Assembly: GCA_905236965.1 (NCBI GenBank)
Contig: CAJOQR010000033.1
Location: forward strand, 1 to 59,924
Length of the DNA: 59,924 bases
Direction: 5' to 3'
DNA from: an uncultured Acholeplasmatales bacterium
GTDB lineage: Bacteria > Bacillota_I > Bacilli_A > Acholeplasmatales > Anaeroplasmataceae
Below the pieces are notes generated by a model that ran no database searches, was not told the DNA's origin, and worked only from the letters and a program-made list of their open reading frames with translations. Below are positions 39,383 to 48,967 of this stretch, one piece after another. Numbering within the stretch: position 1 is the first letter of the stretch; each line of letters starts with the position of its first letter. A program made the position numbers and the translations under genes.

Positions 39383-39409
39383 TTGGCAAACTACTTGCAA
39401 AAGTGCCAA
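39383..39409 (+). promoter_or_regulatory. CIRCE-like HrcA operator upstream of lon
   Basis: TTGGCAAAC-N9-AAGTGCCAA versus consensus TTAGCACTC-N9-GAGTGCTAA; contains a TTGCAA -35. Confidence 0.75.
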
Positions 39410-39465
39410 AAATATTGTAATATATAATCGCCTTAAGATAATTAGGCAAGAAAGGAAGGATTATT

Positions 39466-41784
39466 ATGGAAGATAATACAAAAATAGTTCTACCTGCAAT
39501 TGCAGTAAGAGGAGTAATGCCTCTACCTAATAATGAACTTCGTATTGAAGTTGGAAGATTAAATTCAGTTCAGGCTTTAGATTCTGCTGAAAAAATGTAT
39601 GGTGGTAATATTATTCTTTTGATTCAAAAAGATGCATCTGCTGTAGATGTTAATCCAGAAGATATTGAAGAAATTGCAGTTTTAGCTAAAATATCTTTAA
39701 AACTTAAATTACCTAATAATAATTATAAAGTTAAATTTAAAATTACAAATAGAGTTAAAGTTTTAGAATATACATCTGTTGATCCATATTTTGTTGTTAA
39801 TTATGAAAAATTATTTTCTATATTATCAGGAGATGATGAAGAAGCAGCTTTACTTAAAAATATTGCATCAAACATTTCAAAAGGTGCAATTTCATTGCTA
39901 GGTTCTACTGATCAAATATCTAAATTATTACAAACAGGTACAAATGCTGATGTTTTATCAGATGTAATTGCATTTCAATTAAAAACAAATACAAATTTAT
40001 CTAAATATAGATATTTAGAAGAATTGAATGTAAAAAATCGTCTTGAAATGATTTTAGAAGATATTGAAAGAGAAAAACAAATTGTTGAAATAGAAAATAA
40101 AATTAATAAAGATGTTAAAAAATCAATTGATGATTCTCAAAAAGAATATTATCTAAGAGAAAAGATGAAGGCTATCCAAAATGAACTTGGAGATAAAGCT
40201 AGAACTGAAGAGGATGTTGAAAAATTAAGAGAAGAAATTGAAAATGCTAAATTGCCTCAAAATGTATATGAAAAGGCAATGAATGAGCTTCAAAAATATG
40301 CATCAACTTCATCACAATTACCTGAATCTAATTTAATTAGAACATATCTAGATTGGATAGTTAGCCTACCTTGGTATAAACAAAGTATGGATAATGATGA
40401 TTTAAAAAATGTTAAAGAAAAATTAGATGCAAATCATTATGGCTTAGATAAAGTTAAGGATAGAATTATAGAATATCTTGCTGTAAAGAAAATGACAGGC
40501 AAAAATCCATCAACAATTATATGTTTTGCAGGCCCTCCAGGAGTAGGTAAAACATCTTTAGCAAAATCAATAAGTGAAGCTTTAGGAAGAAAATTTGTTA
40601 AACAATCACTTGGTGGTGTTAGAGATGAATCTGAAATTAGAGGTCATAGAAGAACATATATTGGTGCTTTACCAGGAAGAATTTTAAAAGGAATGAAGGA
40701 TGCTGGAACAGTAAATCCTGTATTCTTACTTGATGAAATTGATAAAATGACTGCTGATTATAGGGGAGATCCTGCGGCAGCAATGTTAGAAGTTTTAGAT
40801 CCTGAACAAAATAAATATTTTTCTGATAATTATTTAGAAGAACCATATGATTTAAGCCAAGTAATGTTTATTACAACAGCTAATGATTTATCTGGTATAC
40901 CAGAACCATTAAGAGATCGTATGGAAATCATTGAATTATCAAGCTATACAGAAATTGAAAAATTTAATATTGGCTTTAAGCATTTACTTCCAAGAAATTT
41001 AGAAGAGCATGGCTTAAAAGAAAATCAATTATCAATTACAGATGATGCAATGTATGAAATTATTAGGAGCTATACAAGAGAAGCAGGTGTACGTGAATTA
41101 AATCGTATGATTGCTACAATTTGTAGAAAAACTGTTACAAAAATTTTAATTGATAAAGAAGAAAAAGTTACAGTAACAACTGATAATTTAACTGATTATT
41201 TAGGTAAAATTAGATTTACAAATAATAAGAATAGAGAAAAGAATCAAGTTGGTGTAGTAACAGGGTTAGCATATACAACATTTGGTGGAGATACACTAGA
41301 TATAGAAGTTACAACATATCCTGGAAAAGGTGGATTAATTTTAACTGGAAAGCTAGGAGATGTTATGAAAGAATCTGCAACAGCTGCATTTTCATTCGTA
41401 AAAGCTCATGCTAAAGATTATGGTATTTCAGCTGAGACATTATCTACTAATGATGTACATATCCATGTTCCTGAAGGAGCAGTTCCAAAAGATGGTCCTT
41501 CTGCAGGTGTTACTTTAACAACTGCCTTAGTATCAGCTTTATCTGGAAAACCAGTTGATTGTCATATAGGTATGACAGGAGAAATTACTTTAAGAGGCTC
41601 TGTTTTACCTATTGGTGGTTTAAGAGAAAAATCAATTGCTGCATCTAGATCTGGATTAAAGAAAATATTTATTCCAGAAGAAAATGAAAGAGATATAGAA
41701 GATATTCCTGAAGAAGTAAGAAATGTATTAGAAATTGTCCCAGTAAATCATATATCTCAAATTTTAAATGCTGTTTTTGAATAA
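39466..41784 (+). CDS. lon: Lon protease (endopeptidase La)
   Basis: GPPGVGKTS, HRRTYIGALPG, LLDEIDK, PKDGPSAG. Confidence 0.98.
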   Translation: MEDNTKIVLPAIAVRGVMPLPNNELRIEVGRLNSVQALDSAEKMYGGNIILLIQKDASAVDVNPEDIEEIAVLAKISLKLKLPNNNYKVKFKITNRVKVLEYTSVDPYFVVNYEKLFSILSGDDEEAALLKNIASNISKGAISLLGSTDQISKLLQTGTNADVLSDVIAFQLKTNTNLSKYRYLEELNVKNRLEMILEDIEREKQIVEIENKINKDVKKSIDDSQKEYYLREKMKAIQNELGDKARTEEDVEKLREEIENAKLPQNVYEKAMNELQKYASTSSQLPESNLIRTYLDWIVSLPWYKQSMDNDDLKNVKEKLDANHYGLDKVKDRIIEYLAVKKMTGKNPSTIICFAGPPGVGKTSLAKSISEALGRKFVKQSLGGVRDESEIRGHRRTYIGALPGRILKGMKDAGTVNPVFLLDEIDKMTADYRGDPAAAMLEVLDPEQNKYFSDNYLEEPYDLSQVMFITTANDLSGIPEPLRDRMEIIELSSYTEIEKFNIGFKHLLPRNLEEHGLKENQLSITDDAMYEIIRSYTREAGVRELNRMIATICRKTVTKILIDKEEKVTVTTDNLTDYLGKIRFTNNKNREKNQVGVVTGLAYTTFGGDTLDIEVTTYPGKGGLILTGKLGDVMKESATAAFSFVKAHAKDYGISAETLSTNDVHIHVPEGAVPKDGPSAGVTLTTALVSALSGKPVDCHIGMTGEITLRGSVLPIGGLREKSIAASRSGLKKIFIPEENERDIEDIPEEVRNVLEIVPVNHISQILNAVFE

Positions 41785-41791
41785 AATTATT

Positions 41792-41826
41792 AAAAGAACG
41801 TAGCTTATTTGCTATGTTCTTTTTTT
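41792..41826 (+). terminator. lon terminator
   Basis: AAAAGAACGTAGC-ttattt-GCTATGTTCTTTT(TTT). Confidence 0.8.
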
Positions 41827-41927
41827 ATTAAAATTATAAAATTAGCTTATTGAATAATTGACATATATAAATATAATTTATATAATATTTAAAACAAATA
41901 GATTTTATTTATAATGGGAGGCCAAAA

Positions 41928-42809
41928 ATGTTTGATACAAGATTAAAAACTTTTTTAACACTTTTAGAAGAAAAAAGTTATACAAATACGGCTAAAAAAT
42001 TATATATAACTCAACCTGCTGTTACTCATCATATTAAATCATTAGAATCAGATAATAATATTACACTTTTTAAAAACACAAAAACCTTTGAGTTGACTAA
42101 AGCAGGAATTTTGTTAAAAGAATATGCTCAAATTGCAATTCAACATTATAATCAATTTGAAGCAGCACTTTCTAAGCAAGGAAATAGAATTATTGCTAAT
42201 TTTGCAATGACTCCTATGACTTCCTTTTGTATTAAAGATTTACCTCATTTTAATGAAAATATAAAAAAATCTAAAGTTAGATTGAATCAATTTGAATATA
42301 ATTATGAAATAATTATGGATAAATTAAGAGAAGGCATTATTGATTTTGCAATAATTGATAATTCTTTTGATTCATCTATATATGATTCTTTTTATTTAAC
42401 AAAAGCAAATCTATGTGTTGTTGCAAAAACTGATGGACAATATAAAGATATTGATAAAATTTCAAGAGATTTAGCAAATCAAGCAACAATTATATTAGGT
42501 AGTGAAGATTCTGGATTATATAGATCTACAATGGAAGCTTTAAGAGATAAAAATTTAAGATTTAAGAATAATATAATTATTTATGGTAATTGTGTTGAAA
42601 CATTAGTTAATCAAATTTTAAATTATGATGGATTAGGAATCATTTATGAAGAATCAATAAAAAATGAATTACAAAGAGGCATTTTAAAAAAAATAAATTT
42701 ATTTAATTTTGAAGCATCACAAAATGTATATTTAATTTTTAATAGAACATCTTTTTTAAATAATGAAACTATTGAATTAATTGAAAATATAAGGAGTTCT
42801 ATTAAATGA
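41928..42809 (+). CDS. LysR family transcriptional regulator
   Basis: SYTNTAKKLYITQPAVTHHIKSLE...LTKAG HTH. Confidence 0.92.
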   Translation: MFDTRLKTFLTLLEEKSYTNTAKKLYITQPAVTHHIKSLESDNNITLFKNTKTFELTKAGILLKEYAQIAIQHYNQFEAALSKQGNRIIANFAMTPMTSFCIKDLPHFNENIKKSKVRLNQFEYNYEIIMDKLREGIIDFAIIDNSFDSSIYDSFYLTKANLCVVAKTDGQYKDIDKISRDLANQATIILGSEDSGLYRSTMEALRDKNLRFKNNIIIYGNCVETLVNQILNYDGLGIIYEESIKNELQRGILKKINLFNFEASQNVYLIFNRTSFLNNETIELIENIRSSIK

Positions 42810-43441
42810 ATGATTTAGATATATTATATGAAGATAATCATATAATTGTTTGTTATAAGCCAAGAGGAATTTTATCTCAAGCAGATTCATCTTCTAAAAT
42901 AGATATGCTTAATTTAATAAAAGAATATTTAAAAGATAAATATAATAAAAAAGGAAATGTATATTTAGGCTTAGTACATAGGCTTGATTTAAATACAAAA
43001 GGAATAATGGTTTTTGCTAAAACTAGTAAAGCTGCTAAAAGATTAAATGAATCAATAAAAAATAATGAATTTGAAAAGCATTATAAAGCAACTGTTCATG
43101 GAATTATAAATGAATTAAATTATAAAGAATTAAAATCATATATTATTAAAGATGAAAAAGAATTAAAATCTTATATTTCATCAAATGGAAAAGAAGCAAT
43201 TTTATATTATAAGACTGAAAAAAATAAAAAAATTGATTCATATGATGTAACAGATCTTTTAATTATTTTAAAAACAGGAAGATTTCATCAAATAAGATGC
43301 CAAATGGCATCTATTGGGCATCCATTATATGCTGATAAAAAATATGGTGGAAAAGGAAATTTTAAAGATTATAATTTAGAAGCATATTATTTATCTTTTC
43401 CACATCCAATAACTCATGAAAAAATGGAATTTAGGAGGTAA
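42806..43441 (+). CDS. RluA family pseudouridine synthase
   Basis: ILYEDN, KPRG, VHRLD..T.G, TGRFHQIR, GHPL. Confidence 0.93.
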   Translation: MNDLDILYEDNHIIVCYKPRGILSQADSSSKIDMLNLIKEYLKDKYNKKGNVYLGLVHRLDLNTKGIMVFAKTSKAAKRLNESIKNNEFEKHYKATVHGIINELNYKELKSYIIKDEKELKSYISSNGKEAILYYKTEKNKKIDSYDVTDLLIILKTGRFHQIRCQMASIGHPLYADKKYGGKGNFKDYNLEAYYLSFPHPITHEKMEFRR

Positions 43442-43445
43442 GAAA

Positions 43446-44402
43446 TTGAAGCTTAATATAAATATTGATGATTCTAAAATATCAAAAAATATTGTTGGAG
43501 TTAATAATGAAAATATTAAAGCATTAGAAGAAATATTTTCTTCATCAATTGAACTTCATGGTGATAAAATTTTAACTAATATTGAAGATGAAGAAAAAAT
43601 ATTAAAATTAGAAAAGATTTTTAATGTTTTAATTGAAATGGCTAAAAAAAATTATTCTATATCCTTAAGAGATATATATTATGTTATAAATATTGTTGAA
43701 GAAGATAAAATAGATTTATATATTGATTTTTTAAATAAAAGAAAAATAATTGCTCATACATATAATAATAAGCCAATCTATGCAAAAACTTTAAAACAAT
43801 CAGAATATTTAAAAACATTAGAATCAAAAGATTTAATCTTTTCAATAGGAGCTGCAGGTACTGGAAAAACATATTTAGCTGTTTGCTATGCAATATCTGA
43901 ATTAAAAAAAGGTAATATAGAAAAAATTATATTAACGCGTCCAGCTGTTGAAGCTGGTGAATCATTAGGCTTTTTACCAGGAGATTTAAAAGAAAAAGTT
44001 GATCCATATCTTAGACCATTATATGATGCTTTAAATGATATGCTTGGTGTTACGCAAACTCAAAATTTAATAGAAAAGCAAATTATTGAAATTGCACCTT
44101 TAGCTTATATGAGAGGTAGAACATTAGAAAAAGCTATTATCATTTTAGATGAAGCTCAAAATGCAACAATTGATCAATTAAAAATGTTTTTAACAAGATT
44201 AGGCTTTAATTCAAAAATGGTTGTCACAGGAGATATTTCTCAAGTCGATTTACCAAATAGTAAAAAATCTGGATTAAAAATTTCAGCAAATTTATTATCA
44301 GATTTAAATGAAGTTGGTTTAATTGTTTTTGATAAAGCTGATGTTGTAAGGCATCCTCTTGTTGGTAAAATAATTGAAAAATTTGAAAAATTAGAAAAAT
44401 AA
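43446..44402 (+). CDS. phoH: PhoH family ATPase
   Basis: GAAGTGKTYLA, RPAVEAGE, PLAYMRGRT, LDEAQN, VVRHPLV; TTG 43446 after GGAGG. Confidence 0.93.
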   Translation: MKLNINIDDSKISKNIVGVNNENIKALEEIFSSSIELHGDKILTNIEDEEKILKLEKIFNVLIEMAKKNYSISLRDIYYVINIVEEDKIDLYIDFLNKRKIIAHTYNNKPIYAKTLKQSEYLKTLESKDLIFSIGAAGTGKTYLAVCYAISELKKGNIEKIILTRPAVEAGESLGFLPGDLKEKVDPYLRPLYDALNDMLGVTQTQNLIEKQIIEIAPLAYMRGRTLEKAIIILDEAQNATIDQLKMFLTRLGFNSKMVVTGDISQVDLPNSKKSGLKISANLLSDLNEVGLIVFDKADVVRHPLVGKIIEKFEKLEK

Positions 44403-44403
44403 C

Positions 44404-44458
44404 ACATAAAAATATATTTTTTTCTACAAAAAGTGTATTTTTTTTGCACAAAAAGTGT
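44404..44458 (+). repeat. 22-bp-periodic direct repeats upstream of promoter
   Basis: ACAAAAAGTGT at 44426 and 44448, degenerate copy at 44404; TTGCAA(44467)-17 bp-TAAAAT(44490) follows. Confidence 0.7.
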
Positions 44459-44535
44459 TTGAATTATTGCAATAAATAAAAAAAAATAATAAAATATGAT
44501 AAAGTATGTGCTTTTTCACGAAGGAGAGGATAGAA

Positions 44536-47175
44536 ATGAAAAAAAATTACTTTACTGCATTTAGAAAGTCAGCTGGATATTTTCCTGTAATAATATTAGC
44601 AGTTTTACTTTCTTTTGCAGCATATATTAGCTACAATGAAACTCTTTTTCAATTTGTAAAAGAATCAGGTAGTGTTCTTGGAATTTTAATTGAAAAATTT
44701 TCACCAGCTTTATTTATATCTTTAGCCGTTGCAGGTTTAATTGGATTAAGGTATAAAAAAATTAATTTAATTGATACATTTAGATTTTCAAATGTATTAG
44801 GTGCCGTTTTAAGTTTAGGGTTACTTTATCATACAAGTGAATTCCCTGATTTAAATTCAATTATATTAATTTCTGCATGTGGTGGACTTTCATTAATTGA
44901 AATATTTATTAGAGCTATTGGTAAAAAGGATGTTATAGAAAGAATGGGCTTTAATGGCTATATGGGTGCCATAGCAAATTCATTCAATCCTATTTGCTCT
45001 GCAATAATTTCTTTAGCATTATTTAGTTGCTTTGCATATTTTAAAGACAATATTCAAGTTCAAGATTATGCTATTTTATATTCATCTTTTGTAGCGCTTA
45101 TTTTATTAGTATCTTCACTAGTTATCTCAATTAATAAATCATCATCATATGCTAATTTTATTGATGTTTTATATCTAATTGGATTTAAAACTATAACATT
45201 AATTATATTGTATAGCATGGTTTATAGAGTTGAATTTGTTGATTCTATTATAATATTATTCTTTGCTTTATCATTAGCATTATTATTAAGAGGATTTACA
45301 TTTAGTGGTGATTACAAATCAAGCAAATTAAAATCAAATAGATATTTTGCACAATTATATTCAAGTCATTCAGTATTATTGGCATTATTAATTTCAGTTG
45401 CTGTATTTGGATTCTTTGTTTATTCAACTTATTTAAAAGAAGAATTTTTCTTCATTTTAAATGTATTTGATATTTATAAAAATCCTATTTATAATTCAAC
45501 TTTTGGAATGGTTATTTCTTTTGTGTTAATTGGAGTTTGTGTTTTAAATTTATTATTCTTATTAATTTTAAAGAATATAAAATCACCTGAAATAGAAAAA
45601 GTTGATATTGTTGTATCTATTAATTCACATTTAGTTTTATATGGTCTTCCTATAATTTATTTTGTTGTAAAAGATATCACAAATATTACTGCCAATATAC
45701 TTCCTTTTATAGCAGTTTGTGTTTATGCTATTTTTGCTTTAATATCAATTATCGTTCAATTTATAAGATTGAAAAATTATCAAGGTATTTTGATTGAAGA
45801 TATAATTGCACAATCTCAACAAAAACAAGAAGTTCAAGAAACTGAAACTGCAGAAGCTCAAGAAGCAGTTGAAGAAAATCCTGCTACTGAAGAGCCTACT
45901 GAAACTGTAGAAGAAGTTGAAGATACTCAAGAAGAAATTGTTGAAGAAGAAGCACCTGCTGAAGGTGAAGAAGTTGAAGAAGAAATCATTTATGTAGATG
46001 AAGATGGTAATGAAGTTGAAGCACCTGCTGAAGGTGAAGAAGTTGAAGAAGAAATCATTTATGTAGATGAAGATGGTAATGAAATTTCAGCTGAAGAAGC
46101 TCAAGCTTTAGAAAATCAAGAAGAAATTGTTGAAGAAGAAGTTGTTCAAGAAGAAGTTGTTCAAGAAGAACAACCAGAAGAAAATGGTGAAGAGCAAGAA
46201 GAACTTGATGATGAAGCTGAAGAAGATGCTGATGATTCTGAAGATGAAGAATTAGAAGAAATAGAAGAAGAATCTGAAGAAGTTGAAGAAGCTGAAGAAC
46301 CTCAAGAAGAGAAAAAATCAAATGTTTTAGTAAATGATTTTGAAGTATTTGATGCTGAAGGTAAACCTAAAAAGATTAGAACTAAATTTAATTCTAAATT
46401 AATGTATGCAGCACCTGAAACAAAAGATTATTATTCTGAAATTAAAAATTATTTAGTAATGTATAGAGCAAAAGGCAGATTCTCATCTAGATGTGAAACA
46501 TTTAGATATAAAGGCTTAATTGCTAAAGTAGCATTAGGTGGTAAAGCTGTTAAAGTATTCTTAGCTATTGATCCTACAAGCTTAGAAGGCTCTAAATATC
46601 ATTACAAAGATATGAGTGCTAAAAAGCAATATGTTGAAGTTCCTACAATGATTAAGGTTCGTTCTCCAAGAGGATTAAAATATTTTAAAGAATTAGTAGA
46701 TTTATTAATGGCTGCTCGTGGTGTTAAACCAAAGAGAGGCTTTGAACCAACTGATTATACTGCCGATTTAATTCCAAATGGTGAAGCAATATTAGGTAAA
46801 TTAGGATTATCTAGAGATGTTTTAGGTAAACCTATGACTGTATCATCTTTACCTGATGATATTCCTGATAATATTGAAGATTATATTCCTGCAATTCAAG
46901 GTGATCCTTTAGAAGAAGCTGAAGTTAAAGCAACTGTATATCTAGATACTTTATGTTCTCATTTTGTAGAAGGCGAAGAAGTTACAATTGATGTATTAAA
47001 ATCATTACATATTGTTACAGCTGGAAATGTTATTCATGTTAAAGCTCGTGGTGCTATGGATAGAAGCTTAAAGATTTATGCTGAATATTTTGATGCAGAT
47101 GCATTAAAAGTATTAATGGCAACTAATTCTACAGCTGTTAAAATTATTCACGATGCTGAAGAAGTAACTGAATAA
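44536..47175 (+). CDS. large membrane protein: polytopic TM region, acidic linker, DUF5655-like domain, C-terminal uL15-like domain
   Basis: ATG 44536 after AAGGAGAGG; about a dozen hydrophobic helices; E-rich region; C-terminal V.LD.L...F.EG.EVT...L......V...G.....L...A..F pattern of ribosomal protein L15. Confidence 0.85.
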   Translation: MKKNYFTAFRKSAGYFPVIILAVLLSFAAYISYNETLFQFVKESGSVLGILIEKFSPALFISLAVAGLIGLRYKKINLIDTFRFSNVLGAVLSLGLLYHTSEFPDLNSIILISACGGLSLIEIFIRAIGKKDVIERMGFNGYMGAIANSFNPICSAIISLALFSCFAYFKDNIQVQDYAILYSSFVALILLVSSLVISINKSSSYANFIDVLYLIGFKTITLIILYSMVYRVEFVDSIIILFFALSLALLLRGFTFSGDYKSSKLKSNRYFAQLYSSHSVLLALLISVAVFGFFVYSTYLKEEFFFILNVFDIYKNPIYNSTFGMVISFVLIGVCVLNLLFLLILKNIKSPEIEKVDIVVSINSHLVLYGLPIIYFVVKDITNITANILPFIAVCVYAIFALISIIVQFIRLKNYQGILIEDIIAQSQQKQEVQETETAEAQEAVEENPATEEPTETVEEVEDTQEEIVEEEAPAEGEEVEEEIIYVDEDGNEVEAPAEGEEVEEEIIYVDEDGNEISAEEAQALENQEEIVEEEVVQEEVVQEEQPEENGEEQEELDDEAEEDADDSEDEELEEIEEESEEVEEAEEPQEEKKSNVLVNDFEVFDAEGKPKKIRTKFNSKLMYAAPETKDYYSEIKNYLVMYRAKGRFSSRCETFRYKGLIAKVALGGKAVKVFLAIDPTSLEGSKYHYKDMSAKKQYVEVPTMIKVRSPRGLKYFKELVDLLMAARGVKPKRGFEPTDYTADLIPNGEAILGKLGLSRDVLGKPMTVSSLPDDIPDNIEDYIPAIQGDPLEEAEVKATVYLDTLCSHFVEGEEVTIDVLKSLHIVTAGNVIHVKARGAMDRSLKIYAEYFDADALKVLMATNSTAVKIIHDAEEVTE
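45949..46083 (+). repeat. exact tandem duplication (66 identical bp, 69-bp period) within acidic linker
   Basis: 45949-46014 is identical to 46018-46083, encoding EAPAEGEEVEEEIIYVDEDGNE twice. Confidence 0.95.
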
Positions 47176-47182
47176 ATAACAT

Positions 47183-47235
47183 AATAAAAAACTCTTAGAT
47201 AACTGATATCATATCAATCTAAGAGTTTTTTTATT
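47183..47235. terminator. bidirectional terminator
   Basis: AAAAAACTCTTAGAT...ATCTAAGAGTTTTTT between convergent genes. Confidence 0.8.
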
Positions 47236-47245
47236 TCTTTAAAAT

Positions 47246-48436
47246 TTATTTATATAATTTAGATACGCCAGTTTTAATAGCTGCATCAGCAACTGCTTTA
47301 GCAACTTGAGGTACAACTCTTTTATCAAATGCTAAAGGAACTATATAATCCTTTCTTAATTCATTATCATCAATAATATTTGAAATTGCATATGCAGCAG
47401 CTAATTTCATTTCTTCATTTATTTTTGAAGCTCTAACACTTAAAGCACCTTTAAATAATCCTGGGAATGCTAAAACATTATTTATTTGATTTGGATAATC
47501 AGATCTTCCAGAACCAACTATATAAGCACCAGCATCTATTGCATCTTCATAAGAAATTTCAGGATTTGGATTTGCCATTGCAAAAATAATTGGATTTTCA
47601 TTCATTGATTTTACCATTTCTTTATTGACTAAATTTGGTGCTGAAACTCCAACGAATGCATCTGCTCCTTTTAAAATTGATGCTAAAGTATTATCGTGTG
47701 TTATAGGTGTATCATATATTCCATCATCTAATAATTCTTTTATTAAAAAATTATATGAATCATATTTATTTTTATCAATTACACCTGTAATATCATATGC
47801 ATAAATTTTGCCGATTCCAATTTTTTTAAGCATTCTTGCAACTTGTGAACCTGCAGCACCTGTTCCTGATATTACTAATGTAAAATCTTTTAAATTTCTT
47901 TTTGTAAATCTTTGAATATTTAAAAAAGCAGCAGCAACAATAATAGAAGTACCATGTTGATCATCATGAAATACTGGTATTTCCATTTCTTTTATTAATC
48001 TTCTTTCGATTTCAACACATCTTGGTGCTGATATGTCTTCTAAATTTATAGCGCCTAGAGTTGGCTCTAAATATTTACATGTTTTAATAATTTCTTCTAC
48101 ATCTTGTGTTTTTAAGCAAATTGGAATAGAATCAACTCCAGCTAATTCTTTTAATAAAATTGATTTTCCTTCCATAACTGGTATTGCACCATATGGGCCT
48201 ATATTTCCTAAACCTAATACTGCAGATCCATCTGTTATTACAGCAACCATATTAGATTTAGATGTATATTGGTATGCTTTATCTTTATCCTTTTCTATTT
48301 CATTACATACATATGCAACACCAGGAGTATAAGCTAAAGATAAATCATGTTGATTTTCAATTTTAATTTTTGATTTTGTCTCTAGCTTTCCTTTATTCTC
48401 TTCATGTAATTTTAAAGAATCTTCTTTTAATCCCAT
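47246..48436 (-). CDS. NAD(P)-dependent malic enzyme
   Basis: LAYTPGVA, DGSAVLGLG, VMEGK, INLEDI, FHDDQHGT, NQINNVLAFPG. Confidence 0.95.
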   Translation of the reverse strand: MGLKEDSLKLHEENKGKLETKSKIKIENQHDLSLAYTPGVAYVCNEIEKDKDKAYQYTSKSNMVAVITDGSAVLGLGNIGPYGAIPVMEGKSILLKELAGVDSIPICLKTQDVEEIIKTCKYLEPTLGAINLEDISAPRCVEIERRLIKEMEIPVFHDDQHGTSIIVAAAFLNIQRFTKRNLKDFTLVISGTGAAGSQVARMLKKIGIGKIYAYDITGVIDKNKYDSYNFLIKELLDDGIYDTPITHDNTLASILKGADAFVGVSAPNLVNKEMVKSMNENPIIFAMANPNPEISYEDAIDAGAYIVGSGRSDYPNQINNVLAFPGLFKGALSVRASKINEEMKLAAAYAISNIIDDNELRKDYIVPLAFDKRVVPQVAKAVADAAIKTGVSKLYK

Positions 48437-48439
48437 TTT

Positions 48440-48967
48440 TTAATTATTCCTTTCAAATATATCATTTCCAAAATAATCAATAGCACAAATCATTTTAAAG
48501 CCTTCAACCTTTAATTCTTTTATAGATTCAGGCCCTAAATCTTTAAATGCAATTTCTTTTGCCTCTTTAACAGATTTTGCTAATAAAGCACCACAACCAC
48601 CTGTCGTAATAAAATATAATATTTTATTTTCAATATATATTTTCCTACATTCCTCACTTCTTGGTCCTTTTCCTATTGTTGCGACAACACCCATTTTAGG
48701 CATTAAATATGCAAAATTATCCATCCTAGAAGAAGTAGTTGGTCCAATAGAGCCAATAACATTTCCAGGCTTTGTTGGAGTTGGTCCTGCATAATATATA
48801 AATGAATTTTTAAAATCAACTGGTAATTCAATTCCTTTATTTATCATTTCTTCAAATCGCATATGTGCTGCATCTCTTGATGTATAAATAGTTCCTGTAA
48901 ATTCAATAACATCACCTGCTTTAATATTTTTTAATAAATCTTTATCTAAAGGATAATTAATTATCAT
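48440..48967 (-). CDS. class I fumarate/tartrate hydro-lyase beta subunit
   Basis: RDAAH, YYAGP, GPTTSSRM, IGKG. Confidence 0.92.
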   Translation of the reverse strand: MIINYPLDKDLLKNIKAGDVIEFTGTIYTSRDAAHMRFEEMINKGIELPVDFKNSFIYYAGPTPTKPGNVIGSIGPTTSSRMDNFAYLMPKMGVVATIGKGPRSEECRKIYIENKILYFITTGGCGALLAKSVKEAKEIAFKDLGPESIKELKVEGFKMICAIDYFGNDIFERNN

